DNA of 20,000 nucleotides from Spirogloea muscicola (GCA_009602725.1 WELB01000002.1:1530782-1550781), one strand, 5' to 3'. Numbered from the stretch's first letter, positions 8,757 through 20,000 are shown. Numbers and translations: made by a program. Notes: generated from the letters alone by a model not told the origin.

Positions 8757-9351
8757 GGGCGGCTCGCTTCCTGTGCTCAGTCCCAAACTATCTCGTGAGA
8801 CGAACAGGCTAGTCTGGAAGTTCAAGATGACAAAGTTGCTCCAGTTTCAGAACGTTTGGACTGCTGTAGAGCCCACAGCAGATCGAGGGCTATGTCGGCT
8901 CTTCTCTCAGGAGAACGTTATTGCCTCAGCGATTCTTGTGGCGAATTTGTCTGATGAAGAGTTGATTGGAGTTGTTAACAAGTCTCTGGCAAGCGGGATC
9001 TGGGGTCATCTGAAGAAAGAATAAGTTTGAAATTAGAGGAACTGACAGGGCTTACTATCTCAGCATGCGCTTGCGCGAATGCAGAAAGGAGGAGGATGAG
9101 CCAATCCAAGAATTTGTGAACAGTGTAGAATCATTGGCTCTTCAGCTGCAGGACATTGGAGAGGAGGTTCCAGCCCGTCGTCAGGTTCTCTCTACTCTGA
9201 TGGTGCTTCCACAGGAGTATGATGCTCTTCGAGACTCTTTCCAAATGGTCAACAAGGATGACCTGACTGTTGAGCATGTGCTGGCTCGCCTTTTTCATAA
9301 GGAGCGAGCATTGGAGGAGCAACATCGAAATCTGACAGGGTCTCTGACAGA

Positions 9352-9640
9352 ATATCCGACAGGACCTCTGACAGGATCTCTGAAAACAGGATCTTTGACA
9401 GCTACTCTAATAGGGATCTCTGACAGGTACACAGGCAGCGCTGATGGCCAGACACCAGTCTGAACAAGATCTCCGCCAACACTTGAATCAATAACACTTG
9501 AATCAATGATTGATTCAAGTGTTGGCGGAGATCTTGTTCAGACTGGCCAGACGATGCCTGCGTACCTGTCAGAGATCCCTATCAGAGTACCTGTGGAAGA
9601 TCCCGTTTTCAGAGATCCTGTCAGAGGTCCTGTCGGATAT
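9352..9640. repeat. Long imperfect inverted repeat (arms ~135-140 bp) inside gag
   Basis: ATATCCGACAGGACCTCTGACAGGATCTCTGAAAAC...CCAGTCTGAACAAGATCTCCGCCAACACTTGAATCAAT versus its reverse complement at 9509-9640. A 15-bp tandem duplication AACACTTGAATCAAT lies at the apex. Confidence 0.93.
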
Positions 9641-12600
9641 CAAGGATTCACCAGCAGACTGTTGCCCGCATTTTTCGGAGAGAGAGTGGTGGTGGTAGTC
9701 GTCTGAATGAAGATCAATATTCAGGATGGAACAGGAATCCTATATACCCTAGAACCTGTTTCTACTGTCGTGAATTTGGTCATGGAATCAACGACTGCCC
9801 AAAGAAGAAAGCTCTGGGATTCGGTGGCAATAGTAGAAGTGGCAGAAACAGCTATGCTGAAGGACAGGCAAATCTGTCAAGACAATCTGATAGCCCAATT
9901 TGTGATAGCTGGCTGATCGATAGTGGAGCTTACCATCATCTAACTTACAGGCGGGATTGGCTTCATAATTTTTAATCTGTTCCGGACTTAGAAGATTTGT
10001 CTGGGTGACGACAGTGTTCAGCCTGCTGTGGGAAAAGGAGAAATGCAGCTGCAAGTGCCTCCCTTCAATGGCACTGAGACACAACATCTGAAGAATGCAT
10101 ATCATGCCCCTGGTTTAGTGTACAATCTTCTGTCTGTATCTCAGCTCTTAGACCAGGACTATCAAGTTGTTTTGGACCGAAATATCTGTACCATCAAGGA
10201 ATCTGGTGTTCCATTCTGACAGGACACAGGTCAGGATACCTGTTTACTCTGAATGGGCAGGTGCAAGTACAGGCTGTGGGAACACGATATTAGGTGCAAG
10301 AACAGATTCAGGTTCAGGGCAGAGTTAATGTGTCCGAGTTTAAGAGAAGCACATTTGAGCAATGGCATGCTCGACTGGGACATCCCAATGTCCAGAGGAT
10401 TGAGAAGCTGAATGGGAGGGTGCATGGAGTAGATACTCTTGCACAAGATATTGAATCTGAAGTCTGTGTTCAGGGCAAACTCCATCTTCAACAACCGCTT
10501 GCTGGTGAGCACTATAGAGCTTCTACACTTCTGGAGCTGGTGCATTCTGATGTCTGTGGCCCTAAGCAAATACCATCTCTAGAGGGTAGCAGATAGATTC
10601 TGTCCTGCATTGATGATGCCAGCAGATGGAGTAAGGTGTATTTCCTGAGAAACAAGAGTGAAGTGCTGGAGCATTTATGCGTTCCAAAGCTGCAGTGGAG
10701 TTGCAGACAGGGGAAAGACTCTAAGGCCCTTAGATCTGATGATGGTGGAGAATGAATGAAGAGTTTGACAGGTTCTGTCTACAGCAGGGTATACTCAGAC
10801 AATTGACAGCAGCCTAACGTCCTCAACAGAGTGGAGTGGCGGAAATGTGGAACAGATCTGTGATGGAGTTTGCAAGGTGCTTACTGTTCCATTCTTTTAC
10901 ACCATCAGAATTGTGGGTTGAAGCAGTCGCAACGGCTGTTTGTCTGAAGAATACACTACCTACTAGTGCAGTAAAAGACATGATGCCACAGGAGTTCTGG
11001 ACTGGAAAGAGACCTACAGTTGCCCACCTTAGGGTATTTGGTTGTTCTGCGTGGATGCACATTCCTACTGAAATGAGACACAAGCTGCAAGCAAAGGTTC
11101 GTCAGTGTGTCATGGTAGGATATTGTGAACACGTGAAAGCGTGGAAATTGTTTGATCTTGAGGGCAGGGGGATGGTGTTCAGCAGAGATGTAGTGTTTGA
11201 TGAAACGAGAAGTCCAGACTATTCTGCTTTTCCGTCAGGGTCATCTGAGACAGTGGGAGAAGTGCAGTGGTGGCCTGTATCTCAAGAGCCTGACATTGTG
11301 GCTGATGTGGAGGCAGGGTCTGAATCTGGCACTGGAGTGGAAGCAAGGACAGTAGGTGAAGATCTGGAGGAGACTGCTGCTACACTGGGAGGATCTAGGA
11401 CAGGTGTTCGTGCTCTTGCTGCTGTTGTTTTACATGAGCCTCTCACTATGCAAGAAGCCATGAGTAGCGTTGCAGCAATCAAGTGGAAAGCAGCAGCAGA
11501 GGCAGAACTAGACTCCATCAAGGACAACAATACTTGGGATCTGGTAGACTTACCAGCTGGCAGATAGGCGATACCCAGCAAATGGGTATATAAGATGAAA
11601 CTGAAGGGCGATGGGTCTGTAGATCGATACAAAGCATGCCTTGCGGCTAAAGGAGTGCCCAGAAGGAAGGGATTGATTACAATGAGACAGTTGCTCCAGT
11701 GGTTAAGAACAGTGCTGTGAGAAGTTTGCTGGCCATGGCAGCCATCCATGATGCAGAAGTAGAGCAGATGGATGTCACCACAGCGTTCTTGAATGACAAT
11801 CTCGAGGAAGAGATTTATATGCAACAGCCTGCAGCTTTTGAAGTAAAAGGCAAGGAGAGTAAAGTGTGCAAGGTGAAGAAAGCACTGTATGGGCTTAAAC
11901 AGGCGCCCAGGCCCTGGTATGCACAGATTGATAATACTTTCTTAGTGAACCAAGGTTTCAAGAAATTTGAGGCTGATCATATTGTGTATGTAAGGGAGAA
12001 ATCTGCTAAAGTGGTTCTGGCGTTATATGTTTGATGTTCAGATTCTACTGGGAAATTCAGCTACGAAGTGAAGAGAGTAAAGCAAGAGCTGAGTAGTAGA
12101 TTCAAGATGAAGGATCTTGGGCCCTTGGAGTATTTTATGGGAATCCAGGTAAAGAGAGATAGAAGCAGGAAGATCTTGACATTGAGTTTGTCGAAGTACA
12201 TAAGTGAAGTTTTGGACAGGTTTGGTGTGCAAGACTGCGACCCTATCTTTACTCCACAGGACACAAAACAGACTTTGAGCAAGGATCAGGGACCCAAGAG
12301 AAATCAAGACAGACAACAGATGGCACAGGTACCTTAAAGGCAGGCAGTAGAATGTCTAACGTACATAGCTGTGGCAGCACATCCAGATATAGCAGCAGCA
12401 GAGGGAGTGGTTGCTCGGTTTGTGCAAATTCCTGGTTGTGAACATTGGCAAGCTGTGAAGAGGATCATGCGATATTTGCAGGGAACCAAGAATCTGTCTG
12501 ACGTTTAAACAAACAGGAGATGAATATGATGAACTGGTAGGACTTTGTGATGCCGACTGGGCAGGAAGTCTGGATGACAGAAGGTCGGTGACAGGTTATA

Positions 12601-13008
12601 CCTTCGAGCTGGGAGCAGGAGCAGTCAGTTGGAGTAGTAGGCAACAGCAGACTGTGGCGACTTCAACTCTTGAAGCGGAGTACATGGCAACGACTGCAGC
12701 AGCAAAAGAAGCAACCTGGCTGAGGAGACTACTACAAGAATGTGAATTTCTTTCTTCATCAAGTGCGACCACTTTGTTCAGTGATAGTCAAGGTAGTATT
12801 GCTTTGATTAGGAATTCTGTCTATCATGCTCGTACTAAGCATATAGAGATACATCATCAATTTATCAGAAAAAAGGTAGACCAAGGAGTCATCAAGATGC
12901 AACACTGTAGTACAGCAGAAATGACTGCAGATATTCCGACCAAGTGCTTGCCTAAGGCCAAGTATGATTGATGTAGACGTTTGCTAGGTCTGGCTGATTC
13001 ACATATTT

Positions 13009-13016
13009 AGTGGGAG
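13009..13016 (+). promoter_or_regulatory. Polypurine tract
   Basis: AGTGGGAG directly before the TGTTGAA of the 3' LTR, as typical for copia elements. Confidence 0.75.
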
Positions 13017-13440
13017 TGTTGAATATAGTATTATGGTGAATCAGCGGGTCGGGGTGGGTGACCATCCCGCCCATCTCATTCGGCCGTGAAAGTCTCTCCT
13101 GGATAAGGAAGGCCTCGGGCACCCATCGGGCTCACTGTCCACATCTGAGGCCACGCGGTGATCCCGTGCGCCCTAGCCATGGCTGCCACCCACCTTGGGT
13201 GAGGGTGGAGCCTGTGCTGTCTGTCTAATTGACTGTCTGAGATCTGAATCTGTCTGCCGCCATGGGGTCATCTGCATCTGTGCCGCCGCGAAGTGGACGG
13301 TCTGCTGGGCCCGTGGACAAGGGCAGACATCCGATGGAGGACTCCGACTGGAGGAAGGCAGAATCTGATAATGCTAACTACAAGAGACAGGAACAGGTAC
13401 AAGAGCAGGTACAGGAGCGTATAGCCCAGGACAACTTTCA
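13017..13440 (+). repeat. 3' LTR
   Basis: TGTTGAA...ACTTTCA; homologous to 8401-8741; contains 12-bp ACAGGAGCAGGT-type tandem units. Confidence 0.93.
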
Positions 13441-13624
13441 CGGCGGAGGTGCCGGTAGGTGCTCGGACTGGCACCCCCAGGCATGTGGCCGTACGCTTAG
13501 ATACCACCCCCCCCCTGTCTACCCGACCTCTTGTCCATTAATTCTGGGCTGGCTTTCCACAGCCTTTGGCCCCTTCGGGAGAGCCGCTTTCCTTCACAGG
13601 ACTCGCCGCCTATAAAAGAGGAAA

Positions 13625-14050
13625 CATGCTTCCATAAGAGGGCGGTGGCTGAGAGAGGCCAGCCCAGTAAAAGAATGAACAAGGTCGAAGGAGCCAAGGG
13701 AAAGTGCTAAAGCTAGCACACATGAAATCAAACAGCTACGTAATACTCAGCAACCCCTGCTAAGTAGCTGCAGGTCGGAGAAACTGGGCTCCTGGTAACG
13801 GGTCCCCTGGCCAGGGCCAAAGGCTGCAGCTAGGGCACGACCGGCACGCAGATGCAACGCGCGAGCCATGGACCTCTGCAGCGAGACGGACAAGCGCATG
13901 CGGTATACATGCGCGAGCGAGCCTGCTGCATGGAAGTCCACCGGCTCGCCATGGAATTGGCGGGAGATGGCGTGCCGCGAGAGCTGGTTGAGCAGCTCGA
14001 GCCACCGAGCGCCCAAAGCGCCGTGAGTGTCGATGGCGAGCGGGTAGGAC
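13625..14050 (-). mobile_element. CRE-like 3' fragment (same subfamily as 3192-3492)
   Basis: LAIDTHGALGARWLELLNQLSRHAISRQFHGEPVDFHAAGSLAHVYRMRLSVSLQRSMARALHLRAGRALAAA..QEPSFSDLQLLSRGC* plus a hairpin 3'UTR. An opposed plus-strand 3' end lies at ~13543-13595. Confidence 0.88.
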
Positions 14051-14119
14051 TCGTCGTTTGAAAGAGCTTACTTCCCGACGCAGTGAGTTTTTGGTTGTGC
14101 AGACTTAGGTGGTACTTTG

Positions 14120-15375
14120 GAAGGCCAGCCCAGTGAGATAATGCGCTTTTGGGCCCCTTCGGACCTTGTCGTACTTTTCGGGCTGACCTCAAACAGCTTT
14201 TGCCCCGTTTGGAACTTACTTCGCTCACTCGAATTGACAACGACCTGCTAGGACGGGGGAGACACCTCAACTCGAAACAAGCTCGCTCTTCCACAGAGAG
14301 TAGTTCCATCCAAAAGCCTTATATGTGCTTTTGGATGTTGTGAAAGGGGTGTATTAAAGAGCTGTTCTGAAAAAGGGGCGAGGACTTTGAAAAGCCAGTC
14401 CGTGAGAAATGGACAAGGTCCGAAGGGGCCAGAAAGTGCTAGAGCACACAAATAAGCAAGTACCAGTAAGGATGGTCACTTAGTAACCTCTGATGAGCAG
14501 CCGCAAGTCAGAAAGAAAGGTAGCTCCTTAGAAGAGGCAAGGGCTGTGAAAGTAGGGAAGGGGCTCTTCCAAAGGGCGCAAGGGCTGCGAAAGGCCAGCC
14601 TGTATGACAGCAAAGAGCAGGTACGAGGATCTGCTGGGAAGAGCGAGAGAGAAGGCGTGCGATGTGCATGATTTGAGAGGGAGCCAATTTAAGCCTATCA
14701 TCTGTTTAGGCGAAAGGCAGGTTAGAAGCCTCTGTTTGCCAGAGTCAGCGCGTATTATTGCCTTGTGCGTTCATCCTACATCCGCATGTATAGTATATTC
14801 ACCAGCAAGCAACGTGTAAGCAGTGCAAGGGGCAAACCTTGTCGGATGGATCAGAACGTCTGACAGTCAGAACGTCCGAGCATCAAAAGCGGTAACAGCC
14901 CATGAAGGCCCCTTGCAATAAGAATGGACAATGTCCAAAGAGCCGGAAGGCGCCTGAATGCACACAGCTAGACAAGAATTGACAAGGGTCGAAGGGGCCA
15001 AACTACGAAGGGGCCAGAAACGCAAGACACAGCGAGAGCGACTTCCACAGCCCCCCGCCCCCTCTGGAAGAGCTCACTTCTTACAACAGTGCACTGACTT
15101 GCTTTGGCCCCCCTCTCATGTCATGCGCACAGCGCGCCTCCTCTTCTCTGTTTTGCCTCTTGGCTGGCCTCCCTTTCACTTCACGCGCGCTTTTGTACAT
15201 TCGAAACCACCGCCTGCTCGTGGGAGCTCCCATCTTCACACGTCACCTTAGCCCACCGTAGCTCATGGCTTCGGTTGATCTAGCCCCCCTCTCTGCACTA
15301 GCTTTTGCCTCAACAGTGTGTTGGCTACAAGTCGACCACCCTTTCATGTCACGCGCACCGCGCGCGCCTCCTCCA
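14120..15375. repeat. Scattered CRE-like 3'UTR remnants
   Basis: SDLRLLIRGY* plus UTR at ~14365-14512 (-). GGCCCCTTCG(G/A)ACCTTGTC-type pieces at ~14152, 14410-14430 and 14975-15005. CA(T/C)GCGCAC(A/C)GCGCGC ends at ~15122-15145 and ~15349-15373. Confidence 0.7.
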
Positions 15376-15475
15376 TTCCCGCGCGCCTTTCTTCGTCTTC
15401 TTCTTCATTCGCTCCGTACTTGAAGCGCCAACGGTGCCCGCCGCGGTCGGCACTCGCCCTGGCCGCTTGCCCGCT

Positions 15476-15530
15476 CGCCGCGCCGCCAAGGCCGCCGCCG
15501 CCGCCGCCGCCGCCAAGGCCGCCGCCGCCG
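15476..15530 (+). repeat. Interrupted (GCC)n microsatellite upstream of the DUF579 gene
   Basis: GCCGCCAAG(GCC)8AAG(GCC)3-type run. Confidence 0.85.
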
Positions 15531-15624
15531 TCCTCCTCCGTGCTGCGCGCGCCTTTGAGGTTGCTGTGCGGCCACTCGCAGCCACGAGCTCGGTGCAGCC
15601 AGCTGGCCTGGCCTCCACATACAG

Positions 15625-17794
15625 ATGGCGGCGCCGATGAAAAGCCCCCGTACCCTTGGTCTCTACCTCTGTCAGGCGTTCCCTTCGGCGTGCCTTCTGA
15701 GCTTGTGAGTTGGCCTGCTAGCTGCGATGCTACATCACTGTGAGTTGCTGCTAATATGACAGGCGCGTGCTCCTCGAGCGGAGTGCTGCTTCTGTGCGCC
15801 CGGCGCCTTGAGTGTCGAGAGCAGCGAGCTTCAACGACTGACTCACTGATTGTTATCATGCATGCCTCATGTATGTGTGCACCGGTGCAGGGTGGTGTGC
15901 ATCTTCCTGAACGGCGCTTCTATCAGCAGCCATATCTGCAAGCCCAAGCAGCCACTCAAGGTCAACGTCACAGAGTAGGACATCCTCTCCTTCACATCCT
16001 GCACGCTCTTGTCTATCATGACTCAATCTGTTAGTGATCCAACGGCACTGAGACTCCTTGGTCCTGAGCCTCCAAGCCTGAGGCCCTTGGTCGTGGATGG
16101 GCACTTACAGTGGCCTGCTCATAAGCAGTGGTGTGCGTTGATAGCTGCTCATCAAACCCAGCACCTCCACCTTCACCCACATGTCAAACTTTTGATAAAT
16201 TAGCAATAAGTAGGATTGAAAGAGCAATGCCAGTGCCCTGCTGGTAGCCAACACTTGCAGAGAAGAAGCTAGAGGTGATTGCTTGCTACGAAGTAGGCGA
16301 AATGCTGCGGATGCTGGCTCATCAATAGTGTACCAATGCTAGCTCATACTGAGCCTTTTCGGGCACCTTATCTGCTCTGTTGCTCTCTATACTGTTCGTG
16401 AGCAGTCAAAATTGGCTTCCTGGAAGCATTACAGGGCTTCTCCCATTCTTGCTTGTAGCACCCATCTGGCTTTACACCATCATCCTGCCTCCTGCAGGTT
16501 GCCAGATAAAGCGGCTAGAGAGACTGGCATCCATGAGCAAGCTGCATGGGCTATTCTCCACTATGCAACGACTAACAGCACACCTCAGCAGACTATGGTG
16601 CGGACCTCCTTTAGTGAGCTGGGCACGGCGTGTCTATGAGCTCGATACATGCTCATGACTGTCAATCATCAAACACTGCAGCATGCTTTTTTGTCCTGAC
16701 TTATTGTCATTACCAAATACTGACCTAGCCAGGTTGCTTTGTGTGTGCTTGCTTAAGGCAGAAATTCTGATCACGCTCAACATTCTTCGGCAGCGGGGAC
16801 CATGCAATATGCTTGTCTTTGGATTGGGCATGGACAGCCCTATGTGGACAACCCTGAATGCGGGTGGTCGCACAGTCTTTTTGGAAGACAATGTGGATTG
16901 GCTCGTTGGCACTGACCAGGTAATAATTGAGCACAGATCGCCTATGCTTGTGTCCTGCTGCCTGTAGTATCTGGTAGATTATCAAGCAATTGTGTAGACC
17001 AGTTTAGCAGATCTACGTGACTGAATCTCGAGCTTCGGTCACAGCGGATGACGCAGTTCAACATTCGCCTGGAAATGTACCACGCTACTTACCCAACAAA
17101 ACTTCGACAAGCGCATCAGCTGATGGGTTATGCAAAGGGATCAACGACTGGAGACTGTAGGCCTCATCAGGATGTGCAGTCAAGCAAGTGCCGCCTAGCC
17201 TTGACTCAGCTTCCTGAGTAAGTAACCCATCCCATAAAACGCCAGGCACATACTCTCGGGCAGTGATCCCCATTTCGGGCATGCTTCCCCACTACCTGAC
17301 ATGATGTGGCATCCAATTCTTCACTGATGGGATTCTTGTGATCAAGGCTCTGATTCTAAACTTCCCCATAATAATGGCCTTGGCTGGTCACAGTAATTAC
17401 ATCAAAACCCCCTTGGCACCTCATCTTTGCTGTGACAATTGGAGTGCGTTTGTGCAGGCACCTGTATGCTGTGGACTGGGATGTCATTATGGTGGATGCT
17501 CCTGTGGGGTTCCTGAGGCAGAGTCCTGGGCGCATGAGTGCCATCTTCACAGCTGCGCTATTTGCCCGCAATCGACGGTCTCCTGGTGCAGTCGACGTTC
17601 TGGTGCACGACATGAATAGGAGGATTGAGCAGGAATGGAGCAGCCAATTTCTTTGCCCTCAGAATAAAGTCGTCTGCCGTGGGCTACTCTGCCACTACCA
17701 TATATCCGAAGATGACCGCAAGAGCATGGAATTCTGCGCACCACCGCAAACAAGGCTAGGACAAACTGTGCTTGCAGCAGCCCCCTTAAGCTGA
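15625..17794 (+). CDS. DUF579 polysaccharide O-methyltransferase (glucuronoxylan methyltransferase GXM / AGM-like); exons 15625-15704, 15891-15974, 16498-16597, 16758-16919 (or 16904), 17045-17217, 17458-17794; ~306-311 aa
   Basis: N-terminal hydrophobic anchor (ACLLSLVVCIFL), AILHYATTNSTPQQT, PCNMLVFGLGMDSPMWTTLNAGGRTVFLED, LEMYHATY, SKCRLAL, LYAVDWDVIMVDAPVG..PGRMSAIFTA, DVLVHDMNR..E..S.FLC. All introns are GT-AG with consistent phases. Exons 1-2 and the exon 4 donor are less certain. Confidence 0.9.
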
Positions 17795-18689
17795 GCATGT
17801 CTGAGCCAAGAGGAAGACCTATTTGGTGACTTGCTGCATACGTGTGCTTGTCATAGTGACAGTGTTCGTCCTCAATGGAGAGTAGGCAGGAGCTCGTGTG
17901 GAGGGGGGTTGGGGTGGGCAGGGCAGGGGGGCGCCTTGGGCCACAGCCACTGCCCCTGCCCTCACAGCCACTGCCCTCTCCTGGAAGCGTCTTCTGCTCT
18001 TGGGCTGGCGTAAGACTTGTGGAGCAGAAGAGTGGTTGCTGGAACTCACAAACGGCAGGGAGGGTTATTTGCAGGAGACAGGAAGCAATTGGTGCTGCCA
18101 AAGAGCAAGTTTTGCAGAGGGACAGTGTCTATGAGAGGCCAGCCCAGAGATAGGTCAGTAACGCAGGTCTGTTGGAAGGACCAGAAAAGAACAAGAATAC
18201 AAGGCGTACTGTTCTTCTGTGGGCGGAAGGGGCCTACACTGAAGCAAAACTTATCCAGTTGCGCCTGCTACTAAAGTTGGTTAGTTGTTGATCATCCTTT
18301 ATGTCTGACACGCCTCTGCTTCTGCATATACATCACAGGACTGGTTGCACCTCCGACATGCCGTTTGTCCCTTGCCGACATACTGGCTATGACAGCAGTG
18401 ACGAGGCTGCTTGATTGTTCTTAAGAGATCATTGCCTCTCGTTGAGAAGCCTGGCGCAAGGGTCTGTAGGCAACTATACTGCCACCACCTCCACTTTGAC
18501 CGGCGGGTGTGGCTCCCCTTGCGCAGCACCAGCCAGCCACTCATGGTGGGCAGGCCTGCAGACGCCCTCTGACACTCAGACGTCAAGCAGGCGTGCAATC
18601 AGTGTGATAGTTGTGTCGCGTGAACGAGGTGGTCGTTACGAGCTGCTCCGGCCAAGGAGCCCTCCATAGCATACTCTAGAATGCAGCTT

Positions 18690-18890
18690 AACAAGCCGCC
18701 CTTGACGAGCCTCTTCAACCAGCCTCTGACCTCAACCGAATTGGCTGCTCTCTCTGCTTCTGAGGAGATAGAGAGAGGTTGCTTCATTCTTCTCCTGGCT
18801 CTTGTGCCTAGCCGCATGGCAGAGACAGGCAGGCCGACGGGCTTGCTACCTGAGCACCTGCGGAGCTCTATTTCCCAATTTACCGCAATG
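18690..18890 (+). mobile_element. Possible decayed fragment from the RT N-terminal region of a CRE-like element
   Basis: VPSRMAETGRPTGLLPEHLR resembles the A.GP.G...EHL motif preceding RT in CRE/R2-group ORFs; weak. Confidence 0.3.
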
Positions 18891-18924
18891 GCTGTGAGAG
18901 GCCAGCCCAAAGAAATGTAGGTCT

Positions 18925-19150
18925 CAAAGAAATGGCTCGCCCATTGAAAAAGAGGGGCTAGCAAAGCCAGCCCAGAAAAGAAGGGACAATATTTGCAGGC
19001 TACAAAGGCCACAAAACGGTGCCGAAAAAGAAAAAGTACACACCAGGACACGCAATGATTCAGATGGATGCTCAGTATCCACGACTGAGCATTAGCAAAT
19101 CAGAATAACCTCGAAGCAGGAAAAGCGGCACTCCGCCGAGACCCTGCCTG
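18925..19150 (-). mobile_element. CRE-like 3' fragment
   Basis: GSRRSAAFPAS / YSDLLMLSRGY* (19072-19145) plus a UTR ending GGGCTGGCTTTGCTAGCCCC..AATGGGCGAGCC. Confidence 0.8.
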
Positions 19151-19154
19151 CGGA

Positions 19155-19685
19155 CATCGTCCATTCTTTTCTGGGCTGGCTTTGCCAGCCCCCCTTCTCT
19201 CAGGCGGCCGGGTCTGCCAGGGGCGATGCCCGGCTTCAACGCCGCCGGGTTGCTCGCCCAAGTCTTCCGTATGCGTCTGGCGATATCGCTTCAACGCTCC
19301 CTTGCCTACGCCGTCCACACGCGAGCAGGCCGTGCTATCGCTGCCGCCTCTGGGTCTCGGCGGAGTGCCTCTTTCCCTGTGGCGACCTACTCCGACCTGA
19401 TGTTGCTCACTCGCGGGTACTGAGCTTCTCTTCCAGCAGTGCGAGTGCGGTGCCTGCCACGATGACCCTGCGGCGCTGGCTGCCCACGTGCTCCGCTGCG
19501 CACACGGGGGCGAGCGGACCGGTTCACACGACCTTCTGCGAGCCGCCATGCAGGGTGTGTTCCTGGAGGCCGGCTACCAGGTGGCATTGAAAAATACGAC
19601 AATATGCCCATCCAGCGGGGCGCCGACGGACAGCTGCACACCCGCCGCGCTGACCTAGTTGCCATCCCGCCCGGAGGAGGTCCGC
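19155..19685 (+). mobile_element. Stacked CRE-like pieces: 3' end (19155-19200), ORF tail (19226-19423), zinc knuckle/REL start (19434-19685)
   Basis: FNAAGLLAQVFRMRLAISLQRSLAYAVHTRAGRAIAAASG..SDLMLLTRGY*; then QCECGACHDDPAALAAHVLRCAHGGERTGSHDLLRAAMQGVFLEAGYQV and, frameshifted, MPIQRGADGQLHTRRADLVAIPPGGGP. Confidence 0.87.
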
Positions 19686-19763
19686 TTCCCAAGGCTCTTC
19701 TCTTTCAGGCAGAAGGAAGCAAGCGCGGCCAGGTTAACTGGTGGCTGGGAGAGGCCAGCCCAA

Positions 19764-20000
19764 AGAAGAAGTGGCTCTCCCAATGGGGGCAAGGGCTGTG
19801 AGAAGCCAGCCCGAAAAGAATTGACAAGGTTCGAAGGGGCCAAAGTACGAGCTAAGCAGCGACTGCGGGGCCTGAAGAGGCTATGGCAGAACGGGGGAGG
19901 ATGGACCACTTAGTAGTTACGAGTGAGGAGCCTCACATCCGACAGACTAGCTGCCGGTAAACTATCCCCCTGACGAAAGCCGGAGGCCGCAGCGAGAGCA
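19764..20000 (-). mobile_element. CRE-like 3' end, near-identical to 4250-4487; continues off the right edge
   Basis: ALAAASGFRQGDSLPAASLSDVRLLTRNY* plus full 3'UTR; 5 substitutions counted in ~237 bp versus the 4.3-kb copy. Confidence 0.9.

Larger units (their letters stand above)
8574..13000 (+). pseudogene. Copia gag-pol polyprotein, broken by many stops and frameshifts
   Basis: Gag N-term PKLSRETNRLVWKFKMTKLLQFQNVWTAVE; UBN2-like 9065-9330; zinc knuckle CFYCREFGHGINDC (9757-9798); protease WLIDSGA (~9910); WHARLGHP (~10363); IN LELVHSDVCGP, LRSDDGGE; RT QMDVTTAFLN, KKALYGLKQAPR, LALYV (YVDD disrupted, ~12030); RNase H CDADWAG, ADIPTK. Confidence 0.95.
8401..13440 (+). mobile_element. Full-length degenerate Ty1/copia LTR retrotransposon (half-tRNAiMet-primed type)
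   Basis: Two homologous LTRs, PBS, PPT, imperfect 5-bp TSD (CGGCT 8396-8400 / CGGCG 13441-13445) and domain order gag-PR-IN-RT-RH. Confidence 0.96.

Noticed and set aside
13052..13125. Hammerhead or HDV-like ribozyme in the LTR
   Set aside because: GAAA is present but there is no CUGANGA core, and no convincing HDV fold by eye.
15305..15860. Ala/Pro/Gly-rich ORFs on both strands
   Set aside because: Produced by the (GCC)n microsatellite and GC-rich leader of the DUF579 gene.

Overview
GC-rich eukaryotic DNA with spliceosomal introns, most likely from a streptophyte plant or alga. This is inferred from GRAS and DUF579/GXM genes plus a PBS matching plant tRNAi-Met; a zygnematophycean alga is plausible but unproven. 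Host genes: an exon of a Tudor-domain chromatin protein (minus strand, left edge), a decayed intron-containing GRAS gene (~6.4-7.1 kb) and an apparently intact six-exon DUF579 GXM/AGM-like methyltransferase (15625-17794). A full-length but degenerate Ty1/copia element occupies 8401-13440, with a half-tRNAiMet PBS, a gag ORF starting inside the LTR and a ~290-bp fold-back in gag. The most striking pattern is about 20 or more 5'-truncated fragments of CRE-like non-LTR retrotransposons (restriction-like endonuclease, REL) from several diverged subfamilies. They are stacked head-to-tail and share a C-terminal peptide (SD[LMV]xxL[ST]RG[YF]*) and, in most copies, a 3'-terminal hairpin plus GGG[C/A]GAGCC plus CTT-rich tail. 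All calls come from reading the sequence by eye; no searches were run.
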